A DNA stretch of 64,000 bases from Phycisphaerales bacterium (GCA_044222485.1 JBGAND010000020.1:17907-81906); one strand, 5' to 3'. Shown: positions 39,287-47,826, counted from the stretch's first letter. Made by a program: numbers and translations. The notes: generated from the sequence alone by a model not told the origin.

Positions 39287-39961
39287 ATGACAACGATCGA
39301 CGCAAGACAAGGTGGGGGGGCGTACCACGAGCGGTACAAGCACGCCTCGCACTTCCGCACGGCCGATGCCGAGTTCGACGCCTGCAAGCTGGGCATGTGG
39401 CTCTTCATCGCCACCGAGATCCTCACGTTCTCGGGCATGTTCTGTGCCTACGCCGTATTCCGCATGCTCTACCCCCAGGCCTTCGCCAACGGTTCGCACT
39501 ACCTGGATCCCAAGTGGGGCGGCCTGAATACCGTCGTGCTGCTCTACTCCAGCTTCACGATCGCCATGAGCATCCGCAACGCCCAGAAGAACCAGCAGTT
39601 CTGGCTCAAGGTCAACCTGTTCCAGACCATCGTTTGTGCGGTTCTCTTTATCGCGATCAAGCTGACCTTTGAATACATCCCCAAGTGGGGCGCGGGCAAG
39701 CGGCCCGGCTCCTGGTTCACCTACCCCTACGCCGACAACGCCTACGAACCCATCTGGTGGGGCATCTACTACGGCGCCACCGGCATCCACGCCCTGCACG
39801 TGGCCATCGGAATCGTCCTCATCTCCTGGCTCCTCCTGCGGGCCCAGAAAAAGCACTTCGGCCCGACGCACTACACGGCCGTCGAACTGGTCGGCCTGTT
39901 CTGGCACGTGGTCGATATCGTCTGGATTTTCCTGTTCCCCTTGTTGTATCTCATTGACTGA
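39287..39961 (+). CDS. coxC: cytochrome c oxidase subunit III
   Basis: GMWLFIATEILTFSGMFCAY...HALHVAIGIVLISWLL...GLFWHVVDIVWIFLFPLLYL. Confidence 0.92.
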   Translation: MTTIDARQGGGAYHERYKHASHFRTADAEFDACKLGMWLFIATEILTFSGMFCAYAVFRMLYPQAFANGSHYLDPKWGGLNTVVLLYSSFTIAMSIRNAQKNQQFWLKVNLFQTIVCAVLFIAIKLTFEYIPKWGAGKRPGSWFTYPYADNAYEPIWWGIYYGATGIHALHVAIGIVLISWLLLRAQKKHFGPTHYTAVELVGLFWHVVDIVWIFLFPLLYLID

Positions 39962-39973
39962 CTTCTTCTCCTT

Positions 39974-39997
39974 CTCTGCGTCCTCTGCGCCTCTGCG
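39974..39997. repeat. three copies of CTCTGCG at 9/8-nt spacing in the coxC-coxD spacer
   Basis: Read directly: ctctgcg tc ctctgcg c ctctgcg. Confidence 0.85.
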
Positions 39998-40017
39998 GTG
40001 AATCTCGGATCTGAACC

Positions 40018-40776
40018 ATGACACACGCTGCACAACATCTCGACGAACTCGACCCTCACCACGAGGCTCACGAGCACGGGCACACGATCCTCGGTGCCAG
40101 CACGCTTGTCGGCGTGCTCGTCGCCCTCCTGTTCCTCACCGGCATCACCGTCGGCGCGGCCCAGCTCGAGGGGTGGGTCGCCGAGACCTGGCACATCCAC
40201 ATTCCCTCGATCTTCAACGCCTGCGTCGCGCTCTCCATCGCGGTCGTCAAAGCCATCCTCGTCTTCGCGTTCTTCATGCAGCTCCGCTACGACAACCCGC
40301 TGAACTCCATCCTCATGGGGTTCTGTTTCTTTGCCGTGGGCCTGTTCCTCTTCTTCAGCATGATGGACCTGGGCAACCGTGCGTACCTCTACCCGTACAA
40401 GAGCGGCGAAATTCAGGTCGGCGGACAGGGCATCAACACGGTCGTTACCGACAAAGCCAACAACCCCATCGGCGGCATCAACACCTCCAACAAGCCCATC
40501 GTCGAGTGGGCCAAGCAAGCACGCATGGACAAAATCGGCGAACTCCAGGCCCAAGGCAAGCTCGTCCCGCCCCTGAAGCCGACCGAAACCATCGAACAGC
40601 GCTACCAGACCGAACGGGCCGAAGCCCACGCCCACGCCCGCGGCGGGCACCACGAGTCCGGCCCGGAGTTGAGCAACGCTGACAAGAGCCGCGCACCCGC
40701 ATCCGTCGGCCCGGCTCTCTACGCCGAGCGCAAAGCTGAACCCAAGGCCGCCGAGCACGGGGGCGGGGGGCACTAA
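40018..40776 (+). CDS. coxD: cytochrome c oxidase subunit IV (bacterial caa3/CoxD-type) with long hydrophilic C-terminal extension
   Basis: N-terminal 120 aa with three TM segments (LVGVLVALLFLTGITV, ALSIAVVKAILVFAFFMQLRYDNPLN, GFCFFAVGLFLFFSMM) fit the prokaryotic subunit IV family. It has a His-rich N-terminus. The C-terminal ~130 aa are extra. Confidence 0.8.
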   Translation: MTHAAQHLDELDPHHEAHEHGHTILGASTLVGVLVALLFLTGITVGAAQLEGWVAETWHIHIPSIFNACVALSIAVVKAILVFAFFMQLRYDNPLNSILMGFCFFAVGLFLFFSMMDLGNRAYLYPYKSGEIQVGGQGINTVVTDKANNPIGGINTSNKPIVEWAKQARMDKIGELQAQGKLVPPLKPTETIEQRYQTERAEAHAHARGGHHESGPELSNADKSRAPASVGPALYAERKAEPKAAEHGGGGH

Positions 40777-40777
40777 A

Positions 40778-41566
40778 GTGAACCGCGCCCGCTGGTTTAT
40801 CGTCGCGGGCGTCATGTTCGTTGGGTTGGGATTCAGCATTTACGCCATGGCCGGTCGCGTCAGCGAGTTCAACGCCCGCGCCGACCGCAAGCTGTGGGCC
40901 TTCAAAACACCCATCGACACCCGCACGTTCCGCTTCGCCGGGCGAGACGTTTCCATCACGGACACCACCGCCGCGGACGGCAGCGACTTGGTCGTCGTAA
41001 CCTACGGCGACCGCGAACTCAAGCTCACGCCCGGTGTAAAGCCAAAGGACCCCAAGCTCCCGGGCCTCTTCCGGCACTCCGACTGGCTCAAGGTCCTCCG
41101 TTTCGCCGAGTACCCCAAGAACGCCTCCATCCAGGAGTTCAAGGACCAGCTTGAGGATGGCAAGGACCGCCTGGTATTCGCGGCCCGCCACCCGCTGACA
41201 ACCGCCGACCCACGCACTGGCGACGTCTGGGGCCGCGACTGGACCTTTGACTTCCACGAGTTGGTGCCCGATGGCACGATCCGCACCGAGGGCCTTCGCC
41301 TGCCCAAAACCAAGGGCGACCGCAAGACCCCCCAGCCCAACGAACTCCGGCCCGGAACCTGGCAGATGGAGGCGGCCCTCCTGGTCATGCCGCAGACTCC
41401 CGCCGACTCACTGAACCTGGGGCGTCCCACGGCCTCCTTCAAGGGAGATGCGGTGAGCGTGATGGGTTGGACACTTCCGGTCGCCACCGTGACCGCACTG
41501 GGCCTCATGGTGTCTCTGGCCCTGGGCGCTGCCCCGCGGCGTTACAAGAGCGCCGCGATCTCCTGA
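40778..41566 (+). CDS. hypothetical membrane-anchored protein, last gene of the respiratory cluster
   Basis: The GTG start is 1 nt after the coxD stop. It has an N-terminal TM segment (WFIVAGVMFVGLGFSIYAMA) and a C-terminal TM segment. I recognise no domain. Confidence 0.6.
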   Translation: MNRARWFIVAGVMFVGLGFSIYAMAGRVSEFNARADRKLWAFKTPIDTRTFRFAGRDVSITDTTAADGSDLVVVTYGDRELKLTPGVKPKDPKLPGLFRHSDWLKVLRFAEYPKNASIQEFKDQLEDGKDRLVFAARHPLTTADPRTGDVWGRDWTFDFHELVPDGTIRTEGLRLPKTKGDRKTPQPNELRPGTWQMEAALLVMPQTPADSLNLGRPTASFKGDAVSVMGWTLPVATVTALGLMVSLALGAAPRRYKSAAIS

Positions 41567-42198
41567 GCCATCAACGCCGCCGCGGCCGCGCGGTGGCTGA
41601 GGCGGTTCTTCTCCTCCGTCGGCAACTCCGCGCTGGACCTCTGGTCCGGCAGCGGCAACAGAAACAGCGGGTCGTACCCAAACCCATTGACCCCCCGCGG
41701 CACATCCCCGGGCAATCCGATGCGACCTTCGAAGGTGCCGCGGCAGAGGGCAAGGACTCTTGGCTGGGTTGCTTCCCCCAAGCGAGGAGAAGCCAAACCC
41801 ATCACGCATACGAACCTCGCGTTGCGGCTTTCCTCCGGCACCTGCTCCAGGTCCTTAAGTAACTTGGTGTTGTTGGCCAAGTCCCGTTGTTCCCGCGTCA
41901 ATCCCATCTCTCGCCCGCCTGACGAGTAGTGCGAAGAGATCACACCCGGCGCACCGGCCAGCGCATCCACTTCCAACCCAGAGTCGTCTGCGAGGCACAC
42001 CCGCCCCGTCTGCTGCGCGTACGACAGAGCCTTGATCGTGGCGTTTTCCTCGAACGTGGTGCCGGTCTCGGACGGCTCGTGGAATGAGCCTCCCAGGTCC
42101 TTGAGCCCGATCACGGCGATGCCTTTGCGGTCAAAAATCGCCCGCATTTCGTCCACTTTGTGGGGGTTTCCGGTGGCGATGACAATGGGTTCTTTCAT
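41542..42198 (-). CDS. rdgB: dITP/XTP pyrophosphatase (RdgB/HAM1 family)
   Basis: ATG 42198 gives MKEPIVIATGNPHKVDEM...LADDSGLEVDALAGAPGV...GFGYDPLFLLP...SHRAAA. Confidence 0.9.
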   Translation of the reverse strand: MKEPIVIATGNPHKVDEMRAIFDRKGIAVIGLKDLGGSFHEPSETGTTFEENATIKALSYAQQTGRVCLADDSGLEVDALAGAPGVISSHYSSGGREMGLTREQRDLANNTKLLKDLEQVPEESRNARFVCVMGLASPRLGEATQPRVLALCRGTFEGRIGLPGDVPRGVNGFGYDPLFLLPLPDQRSSAELPTEEKNRLSHRAAAAALMAQEIAALL

Positions 42199-42521
42199 GG
42201 CGCATCGCCCTTGGTTCGCTTTCGCGCGCGGGCGGGAAAGAAGAGATCCCGCACTAGGCCGAACACCGCCTTGGCGAGCCACAGCCACAGAATCAGCATG
42301 ACCACGCCGAGGCAGACCGCCACCCAAACCACGTTGGCTTTGTAGTTGCCGCCGGAGAGCAGGATCGCCCCGAGGACTCCAACGCCGGCGATGGCCAGCG
42401 TGACGATCCCGCGGATCACCAGGGCGCGGACGTATTGACCGCGCGTTACACCCGGCTTCCGCGCAAAGAAGTCCAGGAGATTTCCGAGGTGATACAGGGC
42501 TTTGAGGAAGAACTCGGCCAT
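42195..42521 (-). CDS. small two-TM membrane protein, hypothetical
   Basis: This is the only coding-like part of track ORF 42195..44216. It reads MAEFFLKALYHLGNLLDFFARKPG...IVTLAIAGVGVLGAILL...VWVAVCLGVVMLILWLWLA. Its stop overlaps the rdgB ATG (ATGA). Confidence 0.55.
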   Translation of the reverse strand: MAEFFLKALYHLGNLLDFFARKPGVTRGQYVRALVIRGIVTLAIAGVGVLGAILLSGGNYKANVVWVAVCLGVVMLILWLWLAKAVFGLVRDLFFPARARKRTKGDAP

Positions 42522-42560
42522 GGCTCGTGCAGATGATAGTGTCCGGTCTGGAGCCTTTGA

Positions 42561-43709
42561 ATGAACGATCGTCCTGCCACCCGTGCCGCGGCCAAACTCG
42601 CGGCCGCCACCATTCCTTCCGCCGTCGTTGGCTTTGACGGCTTTATCGACGAGATCATCGACGTCGTCGATCAACGCCACGACATGTCCCCAGGCGGCTA
42701 CTCGCGCATCAAGACCATCTCCGAGTTCGCGGCCCGCACCGGTGCGGCCGCGGGCAAGTCCACGAATATTGAGATGGTGGTGAAGGAAGTTCGGTGGGGT
42801 GGAAACGGGCCGCTGATGGCGGGGGGCCTGGCCAGTCTTGGTTCGAGCGTTACGTACATCGGCTCGGTCGGCACCGAGGATGGCACGCTCGACCAGCGCT
42901 ACGCCGAGCTTGCCCGCCGGTGCAAGACAGTCATCCCGATCGCGCCACCGGCGCACACCGATGCCCTTGAGTTTGAAGATGGCAAAGTGATGCTCGGCAA
43001 GCCGGGGAACGTGCAGGTCCCCACGTGGGCTCGGATCGTCGAGAAGGTCGGTATCGATGCGATGGCGGGTCTCCTGAATAACGCGGGACTGCTGGGGATG
43101 GTGAACTGGGTGATGATGGGCGGGGTCGAAGGGATCTGGGAGGGGCTGATCCGCGATGTGCTTCCGAAGGTGCGGCGCGGCCGTCTGCGTGTGTTCATCG
43201 ATCTGGCTGACCCGGCTAAGCGGACCGACAACGACATCCTGCGCGCGATGGCGCTCCTGAAGCGGATGAACGGGCTGGTGCCGGTCACGCTTGGGCTGAA
43301 CTTGTCCGAAGCGGAACGCACGGCCGCGGCGGTGGGGGTGGGGGTTCTGAATCAGGGCCAGCATCGAACCTTGGGTTCCGCGGTTCAGGCCGCGGCCGTC
43401 GCGTTGCGGGAGAAGTTGGACCTGGCGTGCGTGGTGATCCATCCGCGTGAGGGTGCCGGAGCTGCGGTGGTGGGGGCCCAGGGAATTGAATCCGCGTGGT
43501 TTGATGGGCCCTTCACGCCCACGCCGCGGCTTTCTACAGGGGCCGGAGACCACTTCAACGCAGGCTTCGCGCTCGGGCAGATGGTGGGGATGGAAGTCGA
43601 GGAATGCCTGGCGGTTGGGTGTGGCGTTTCGGGGGCGTATGTGAGGGATGCCCAGTCGCCATCCCGCGATCGACTTGTAGGCTTCTTGAAGTCCCTGGCC
43701 TCGCAGTAG
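42561..43709 (+). CDS. PfkB/ribokinase-superfamily sugar kinase-like protein
   Basis: VVGFDGFIDEIIDVV at the N-terminus and TGAGDHFNAGF near the C-terminus (the GAGD anion-hole motif of the PfkB fold). Confidence 0.65.
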   Translation: MNDRPATRAAAKLAAATIPSAVVGFDGFIDEIIDVVDQRHDMSPGGYSRIKTISEFAARTGAAAGKSTNIEMVVKEVRWGGNGPLMAGGLASLGSSVTYIGSVGTEDGTLDQRYAELARRCKTVIPIAPPAHTDALEFEDGKVMLGKPGNVQVPTWARIVEKVGIDAMAGLLNNAGLLGMVNWVMMGGVEGIWEGLIRDVLPKVRRGRLRVFIDLADPAKRTDNDILRAMALLKRMNGLVPVTLGLNLSEAERTAAAVGVGVLNQGQHRTLGSAVQAAAVALREKLDLACVVIHPREGAGAAVVGAQGIESAWFDGPFTPTPRLSTGAGDHFNAGFALGQMVGMEVEECLAVGCGVSGAYVRDAQSPSRDRLVGFLKSLASQ

Positions 43710-43717
43710 CGATCGGG

Positions 43718-43760
43718 CGAAGAGCGAGCCGTGGCGTGTCGCCACGATGGATCGCCAATC
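43718..43760 (+). repeat. REP-like palindromic element, copy A
   Basis: GAAGAGCGAGCCGTGGCGTGTCGCCACGATGGATCGCCAATC. The core hairpin CGTGGCG-TGT-CGCCACG is at 43730-43746. It starts 9 nt after the kinase stop. Confidence 0.8.
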
Positions 43761-43806
43761 AGCCGAGGCGGCGTGGCGACTTGGCGGCCAAGTGAAGTCT
43801 GGGGGC

Positions 43807-43836
43807 CGCCGTGGTGACACACCACGGCTCGCTCTT
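43807..43836 (-). repeat. REP-like palindromic element, copy B (inverted relative to copy A)
   Basis: CCGCCGTGGTGACACACCACGGCTCGCTCTT. Its reverse complement AAGAGCGAGCCGTGGTGTGTCACCACGG matches copy A apart from compensated stem changes. Confidence 0.8.
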
Positions 43837-43865
43837 GTATGTGTTAGGCCCTTATCGTTCCGCCA

Positions 43866-44831
43866 ATGACGGCCGGCCCCGAAGATATCTCGGAAGCAGT
43901 GGCATGCCTGCGCAAAGGCGGGATGGTCGCGTTTCCGACCGAGACGGTGTATGGGCTGGGGGCGGATGCGTTTGATGCCGCGGCGGTGGGTCGCGTTTTT
44001 GAACTGAAGGGGCGGCCGGCAACCAATCCTCTCATCGTGCATGTAAGCGGCGAGGCGATGGCGCGGGGAGTGGTGGGGGAGTGGACGCGCGATGCCGCGA
44101 CTCTGGCGAGGGCGTTCTGGCCGGGGCCGCTGACGATCGTGCTGCCCAAAGCGCAGCGCGTGCCGGCAATCGTGACGGCGGGTGGGCAGAGTGTGGGGGT
44201 TCGGTGTCCGGATCATCTGGTCACACTGTCGCTGCTGGAGGCGTTTGGGCCGCTGGTGGGGCCGAGTGCGAATCCGTCAGGTCGGGTTTCGCCGACGACC
44301 GCGGCCCATGTGCGGGCTTCGTTTTCGCCGGAACAAGTGATGGTGCTGGATGGTGGGCCGTGCCGGGCGGGGATTGAGTCCACGGTGGTTTCGCTGGTGG
44401 AGGCGACGCCGCGGGTGCTGCGGCCCGGGGTTGTGTCGGCGGAGGAACTGTCGGCTGTGCTGAAGCGGCCGGTGATGCCGCACAAGCCGGGTGAAGTCGC
44501 GACGGGCGCGGCGATAAGTCCGGGGATGTTGGAGTCGCACTATTCACCGGCGACTCCGGCGAAGTTGGTCGATCGGAAAGAGATCGAGGCGGCGATGCGC
44601 AGCGGAACTCCCGCGGTGGCGGCGATTGTGTTTGAGCCGCTGGTTGTCGCGACTCCGCATGCGGTGATTCTGATGCCGCGATCGCCGGACCAGTATGCGG
44701 CGCGGCTGTACGCGGCGCTGCGGGAGGCGGATGAGCTTGCGCCGGGGGTGATCCTGATTGAGCGGCCGCCGGCGTCGGGGCGGGTGTGGGAGGCGGTTGC
44801 GGATCGACTTTCGCGGGCCGCGTCGCGTTGA
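43866..44831 (+). CDS. tsaC: L-threonylcarbamoyladenylate synthase (Sua5/YwlC/TsaC type, with Sua5 C-terminal domain)
   Basis: VAFPTETVYGLGADA, KGRPATNPLIVHV, GPSANPSG; 321 aa. Confidence 0.9.
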   Translation: MTAGPEDISEAVACLRKGGMVAFPTETVYGLGADAFDAAAVGRVFELKGRPATNPLIVHVSGEAMARGVVGEWTRDAATLARAFWPGPLTIVLPKAQRVPAIVTAGGQSVGVRCPDHLVTLSLLEAFGPLVGPSANPSGRVSPTTAAHVRASFSPEQVMVLDGGPCRAGIESTVVSLVEATPRVLRPGVVSAEELSAVLKRPVMPHKPGEVATGAAISPGMLESHYSPATPAKLVDRKEIEAAMRSGTPAVAAIVFEPLVVATPHAVILMPRSPDQYAARLYAALREADELAPGVILIERPPASGRVWEAVADRLSRAASR

Positions 44832-44934
44832 TCGGGGCCGAAGGGCCAGCGCGATTCAGCCGATAACCAGTGCGGCCTGCATCGCGGTTCCTACTACCTA
44901 TATTTGCCTCCCAGCACCCATCGGAGTTTTTGAG

Positions 44935-46419
44935 ATGCCCAGTATGCGAATCGCCCTTGCCAGCGGCGACGGAATTGGTCCTGAGATCATGGCCGCGACC
45001 TTGGAGCTGTTTAAGGCGGCGGGGGTGCAGGAGCATGTGGAGTTTGTGCCCGTTGAGATGGGGCGGGCGGTGTTTGACCAGGGCAATACGCGCGGCATGA
45101 CGGATGAGGCGATCCGGGTGACCGAGGATTGCGGGATCCTGTTCAAGGGTCCGCTGGAGACTCCGAAGGGCTCGGGCGGCAAGTCGATTAACGTCACGGC
45201 CCGCAAAATCTGGAACGCGTTTGCGAACCTGCGGCACTTCATGGCGCTGCCGGGCGTGGAGACGGTGTATTCGCGGGCGGGGATTCCGGTCAGCTTTTAC
45301 ATCGTGCGTGAGAATATTGAGGACACGTATGGCGGGGTTGAGCATCGGCTGAGCAACGACACGATCCAGTGCAAGCGGTTGATTTCGGCGCCAGGGTCGG
45401 ACCAGGTGCACCGGTTTGCGTTTCAGACGGCGCGCCGGCTGGGGATTACCAAGGTTCACTGTGGCCACAAGGCCAACATCATGAAGATGACCGATGGCCT
45501 GTTTCTGGACCGGTTCAAGGCCGCGGCCAAGGACTTTCCGGAGATTGAGACGGCGGACGTCATTATCGATGCGCTGTGCATGAACCTGGTGGTGAAGCCG
45601 CAGCAGTACCAGATGATCGTGCTGCCGAACCTGCAGGGGGACATTGTGTCTGACCTGGCGGCGGGGCTGGTGGGCGGGCTCGGATTCGCGCCAAGTGCGA
45701 ATATCGGCAAGCACATTTCGATCTTTGAGGCGGTACATGGGACTGCGCCGGATATCGCGGGGCGCGGGATAGCGAACCCAACTTCGCTGGTGTTGTCGGG
45801 GTTGATGATGCTGCGGCATATTGGCATGACGAAGGCCGCGGCGACGATTCACAATGCGTTGATGGCGGCGCTGGAGGCGGGCGTTCGGACGGGGGACTTT
45901 GGGGATAAGAGCAAGCCGGCGCTGGGGACCAAGGACTTCACCAAGGGGATCATCGATCGGCTGGGGCAGAAGCCCAAGACGGTGCCGCCGACGGTGGTGG
46001 ATGAAGGCGCGGCCCCGACGTTCAAGCGGCCGGAGCGGCCGGCGCATCAGGAGATCATCCGGACGTTTACGAATGTGGTGACGCAGGTGACGGGGTGCGA
46101 TCTGTATCTGGATTCGCCGCTGTCGCCGATTGCACTGGCGGATGAGATGTCGCGGGCGGCGCATGACACGCCTTTCAAGTTGACGCTGATTTCCAATCGC
46201 GGGACGCAGGTGTGGCCGACGGGGAGCATTTACACCGAGTGTGTGGACTATTACCGGGTGCGGTTTGAGCTGCGGGATGGGGTGGTGGCGGGGAGCTTTG
46301 GGCAGTCGCGGTGCATTGCGCTGTTGGATAAGGTGGCGGAGAAGTTCACGGTGTGCAGCTATGAGCTTTTGCGGACGTTTGATGGGGTGAAGGGATACAG
46401 CCTTGCCCAAGGGCAGTGA
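44935..46419 (+). CDS. icd: isocitrate/isopropylmalate dehydrogenase family enzyme, probably isocitrate dehydrogenase, with ~140-aa C-terminal extension
   Basis: ATG 44935 gives MPSMRIALASGDGIGPEI; also YIVRENIEDTYGG, LPNLQGDIVSDLAAGLVGGLG, FEAVHGTAPDIAG. The extension begins around GQKPKTVPP. Confidence 0.8.
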   Translation: MPSMRIALASGDGIGPEIMAATLELFKAAGVQEHVEFVPVEMGRAVFDQGNTRGMTDEAIRVTEDCGILFKGPLETPKGSGGKSINVTARKIWNAFANLRHFMALPGVETVYSRAGIPVSFYIVRENIEDTYGGVEHRLSNDTIQCKRLISAPGSDQVHRFAFQTARRLGITKVHCGHKANIMKMTDGLFLDRFKAAAKDFPEIETADVIIDALCMNLVVKPQQYQMIVLPNLQGDIVSDLAAGLVGGLGFAPSANIGKHISIFEAVHGTAPDIAGRGIANPTSLVLSGLMMLRHIGMTKAAATIHNALMAALEAGVRTGDFGDKSKPALGTKDFTKGIIDRLGQKPKTVPPTVVDEGAAPTFKRPERPAHQEIIRTFTNVVTQVTGCDLYLDSPLSPIALADEMSRAAHDTPFKLTLISNRGTQVWPTGSIYTECVDYYRVRFELRDGVVAGSFGQSRCIALLDKVAEKFTVCSYELLRTFDGVKGYSLAQGQ

Positions 46420-46825
46420 GCCAGGTCCGAAGGATATTGTGCGGCTTCATCGAGAGGCGTTCTGTCAGGCTTTCTTGATCCCTCGGGTTCGTGACCGCAA
46501 GATGCTCAAACCCGATGAGCTGGCTGACGAGTTCTATCACAACTTACCTTCGATGTTGAGAGCAAATCGCCGCGTTGCGCTGACACCGCCTGTGCTCACC
46601 TCGAATCTGATCCGGCTAATTCAGAAGCTATCCAAGGAGACCAAAGCGGTCTACCTCGGTCACTCGATGGATGAATGGCCGTGTGAACTGGCCGAGGTTG
46701 TGGATGCGATTTCGCGCGACCACGGCGCGGTGGCATCGATTGAAGCGGGGACGCTGGCGATCTATGCGACCGAGGGATGTCCACGGCCGGATTGGTACTT
46801 GCTGTGCAGCGACCCGGGATGTTGA
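46403..46825 (+). CDS. hypothetical protein with atypical codon usage
   Basis: The ORF starts at TTG 46403 (overlapping the icd end) or, more likely, at ATG 46502 (MLKPDELADEF). It uses TTA, AGA, AAT, CTA and ATT codons that are rare elsewhere in the window. I recognise no domain. Confidence 0.45.
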   Translation: MPKGSEPGPKDIVRLHREAFCQAFLIPRVRDRKMLKPDELADEFYHNLPSMLRANRRVALTPPVLTSNLIRLIQKLSKETKAVYLGHSMDEWPCELAEVVDAISRDHGAVASIEAGTLAIYATEGCPRPDWYLLCSDPGC

Positions 46826-46874
46826 AGCAGGGGCAGGCCATTTGGCGGGGGTTTCAAAGGGGACATTGACGGTC

Positions 46875-47201
46875 ATGGTTCAGTTACTGGTGTTCTTCGC
46901 GTTTCTTGTCGCGGTTGTGGTACTGAATCGCGCTTGGGTTCGGTTTCGCGTGGTCTCCATCATCAGGGTGTGGGCCAAAGAGCAGGGCTTTGAGTTGGTT
47001 TCTGCGCAGTTGCGAGGCTTGAGGCAGGGGCCGTTTCTTATGCAAGGTGGCCGTAGCGATACGGTGCATCGCATTGTCGTCCGGGAGCGTTCGGGCGGTA
47101 CCCGGGCTGGGTGGGTCCTTTGTCGTAACGGAGTGTTTGCGATGATTCACGATCGCGAGCTGGTCGTGAAATGGGATCACGAATCGAGCGGCTCGGCTTG
47201 A
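46875..47201 (+). CDS. small membrane-anchored hypothetical protein, 108 aa
   Basis: ATG 46875 gives MVQLLVFFAFLVAVVVLNRAW (a TM segment), then a soluble domain. The upstream part of track ORF 46671..47201 overlaps the preceding ORF. Confidence 0.5.
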   Translation: MVQLLVFFAFLVAVVVLNRAWVRFRVVSIIRVWAKEQGFELVSAQLRGLRQGPFLMQGGRSDTVHRIVVRERSGGTRAGWVLCRNGVFAMIHDRELVVKWDHESSGSA

Positions 47202-47787
47202 TACCGGTGCGTGGGGTGGACGGTCCGCTCGCTGCGCTCGGGGCTCGAAGGGGAACGGCCTTGGTGCAAGTGGACGCGATGGGTGCGCGGCACTGCTGCG
47301 CCGCGGCGTGGTGTGTGTGAGCGTGGGATGTTCGTGCGGCGAGCAGTGGCACCTCCGGATGCTGAGTACTTGGTTCATCTGACTTCCGCTCGTGCGTGGG
47401 CCGGTTGGCTGCCTGCGCAGTTGGGCCTTGGGGGCTTGAGCTGCGCCGAGATCGGGCGGTCCACGTCGATGCGACCGAGGGTGAGTTCGCTTTCGTGAAC
47501 TCACTTGCGGTAGAGGTTCGCCCAAACTTCTCCGGAATATGAAGCGTCGGAGCCAACACGGGGTTTCCGCCCCGAATCCGCGGCCTCATCAATCCGGGGT
47601 TGCTTGAGCAGCCCCTCTACCTATGGGCCAAAGACACGTTTTGCGCGCAAAAACTGTGTCGAAAACGGAGGCGGTTCTTCAGAAAGTGCTTGAAATAGGG
47701 CGCGGATTTGATGTGTGGATTTCGCAGAAATCGTGTCGTGCCCGAGCACTTTCGTGCGCACAAATCGTGTCCAAACGCCGGGAGAGG

Positions 47788-47826
47788 TTGGGCGACCCAT
47801 CGTGGCGACACGCCACGGCTCGCTGA
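47788..47826 (-). repeat. REP-like palindromic element, copy C
   Basis: The plus strand reads GTTGGGCGACCCATCGTGGCGACACGCCACGGCTCGCTGAAG. Its reverse complement matches copy A (GAGCGAGCCGTGGCGTGTCGCCACGATGG-TCGCC). It lies 9 nt downstream of the rpiA stop, in the same orientation relative to transcription as copy A. Confidence 0.8.

Noticed and set aside
39256-39997. Short tandem repeats considered as a possible mini-CRISPR or other array.
   Set aside because: The units are only 7-9 nt with no spacers, there are three copies each, and no cas genes are present.
42195-46410. Two very long minus-strand ORFs (42195..44216, 673 aa; 44221..46410, 729 aa).
   Set aside because: Their composition is dominated by Arg, Pro and His. 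They lie antisense to clearly recognisable plus-strand genes (PfkB kinase, tsaC, icd) and run through REP elements. These are typical stop-poor shadow frames of GC-rich DNA. Only the last 108 codons of the first ORF (42195..42521) look like a real small membrane protein.
47211-47826. ORFs inside the 630-bp gap (47211..47498 plus, 47623..47826 plus, 46884..47525 minus, 47038..47592 minus).
   Set aside because: They show no GC3 periodicity and have improbable Arg/Trp/Ser/His-rich compositions. One is created by the REP element (WRHATAR). They overlap each other in different frames.
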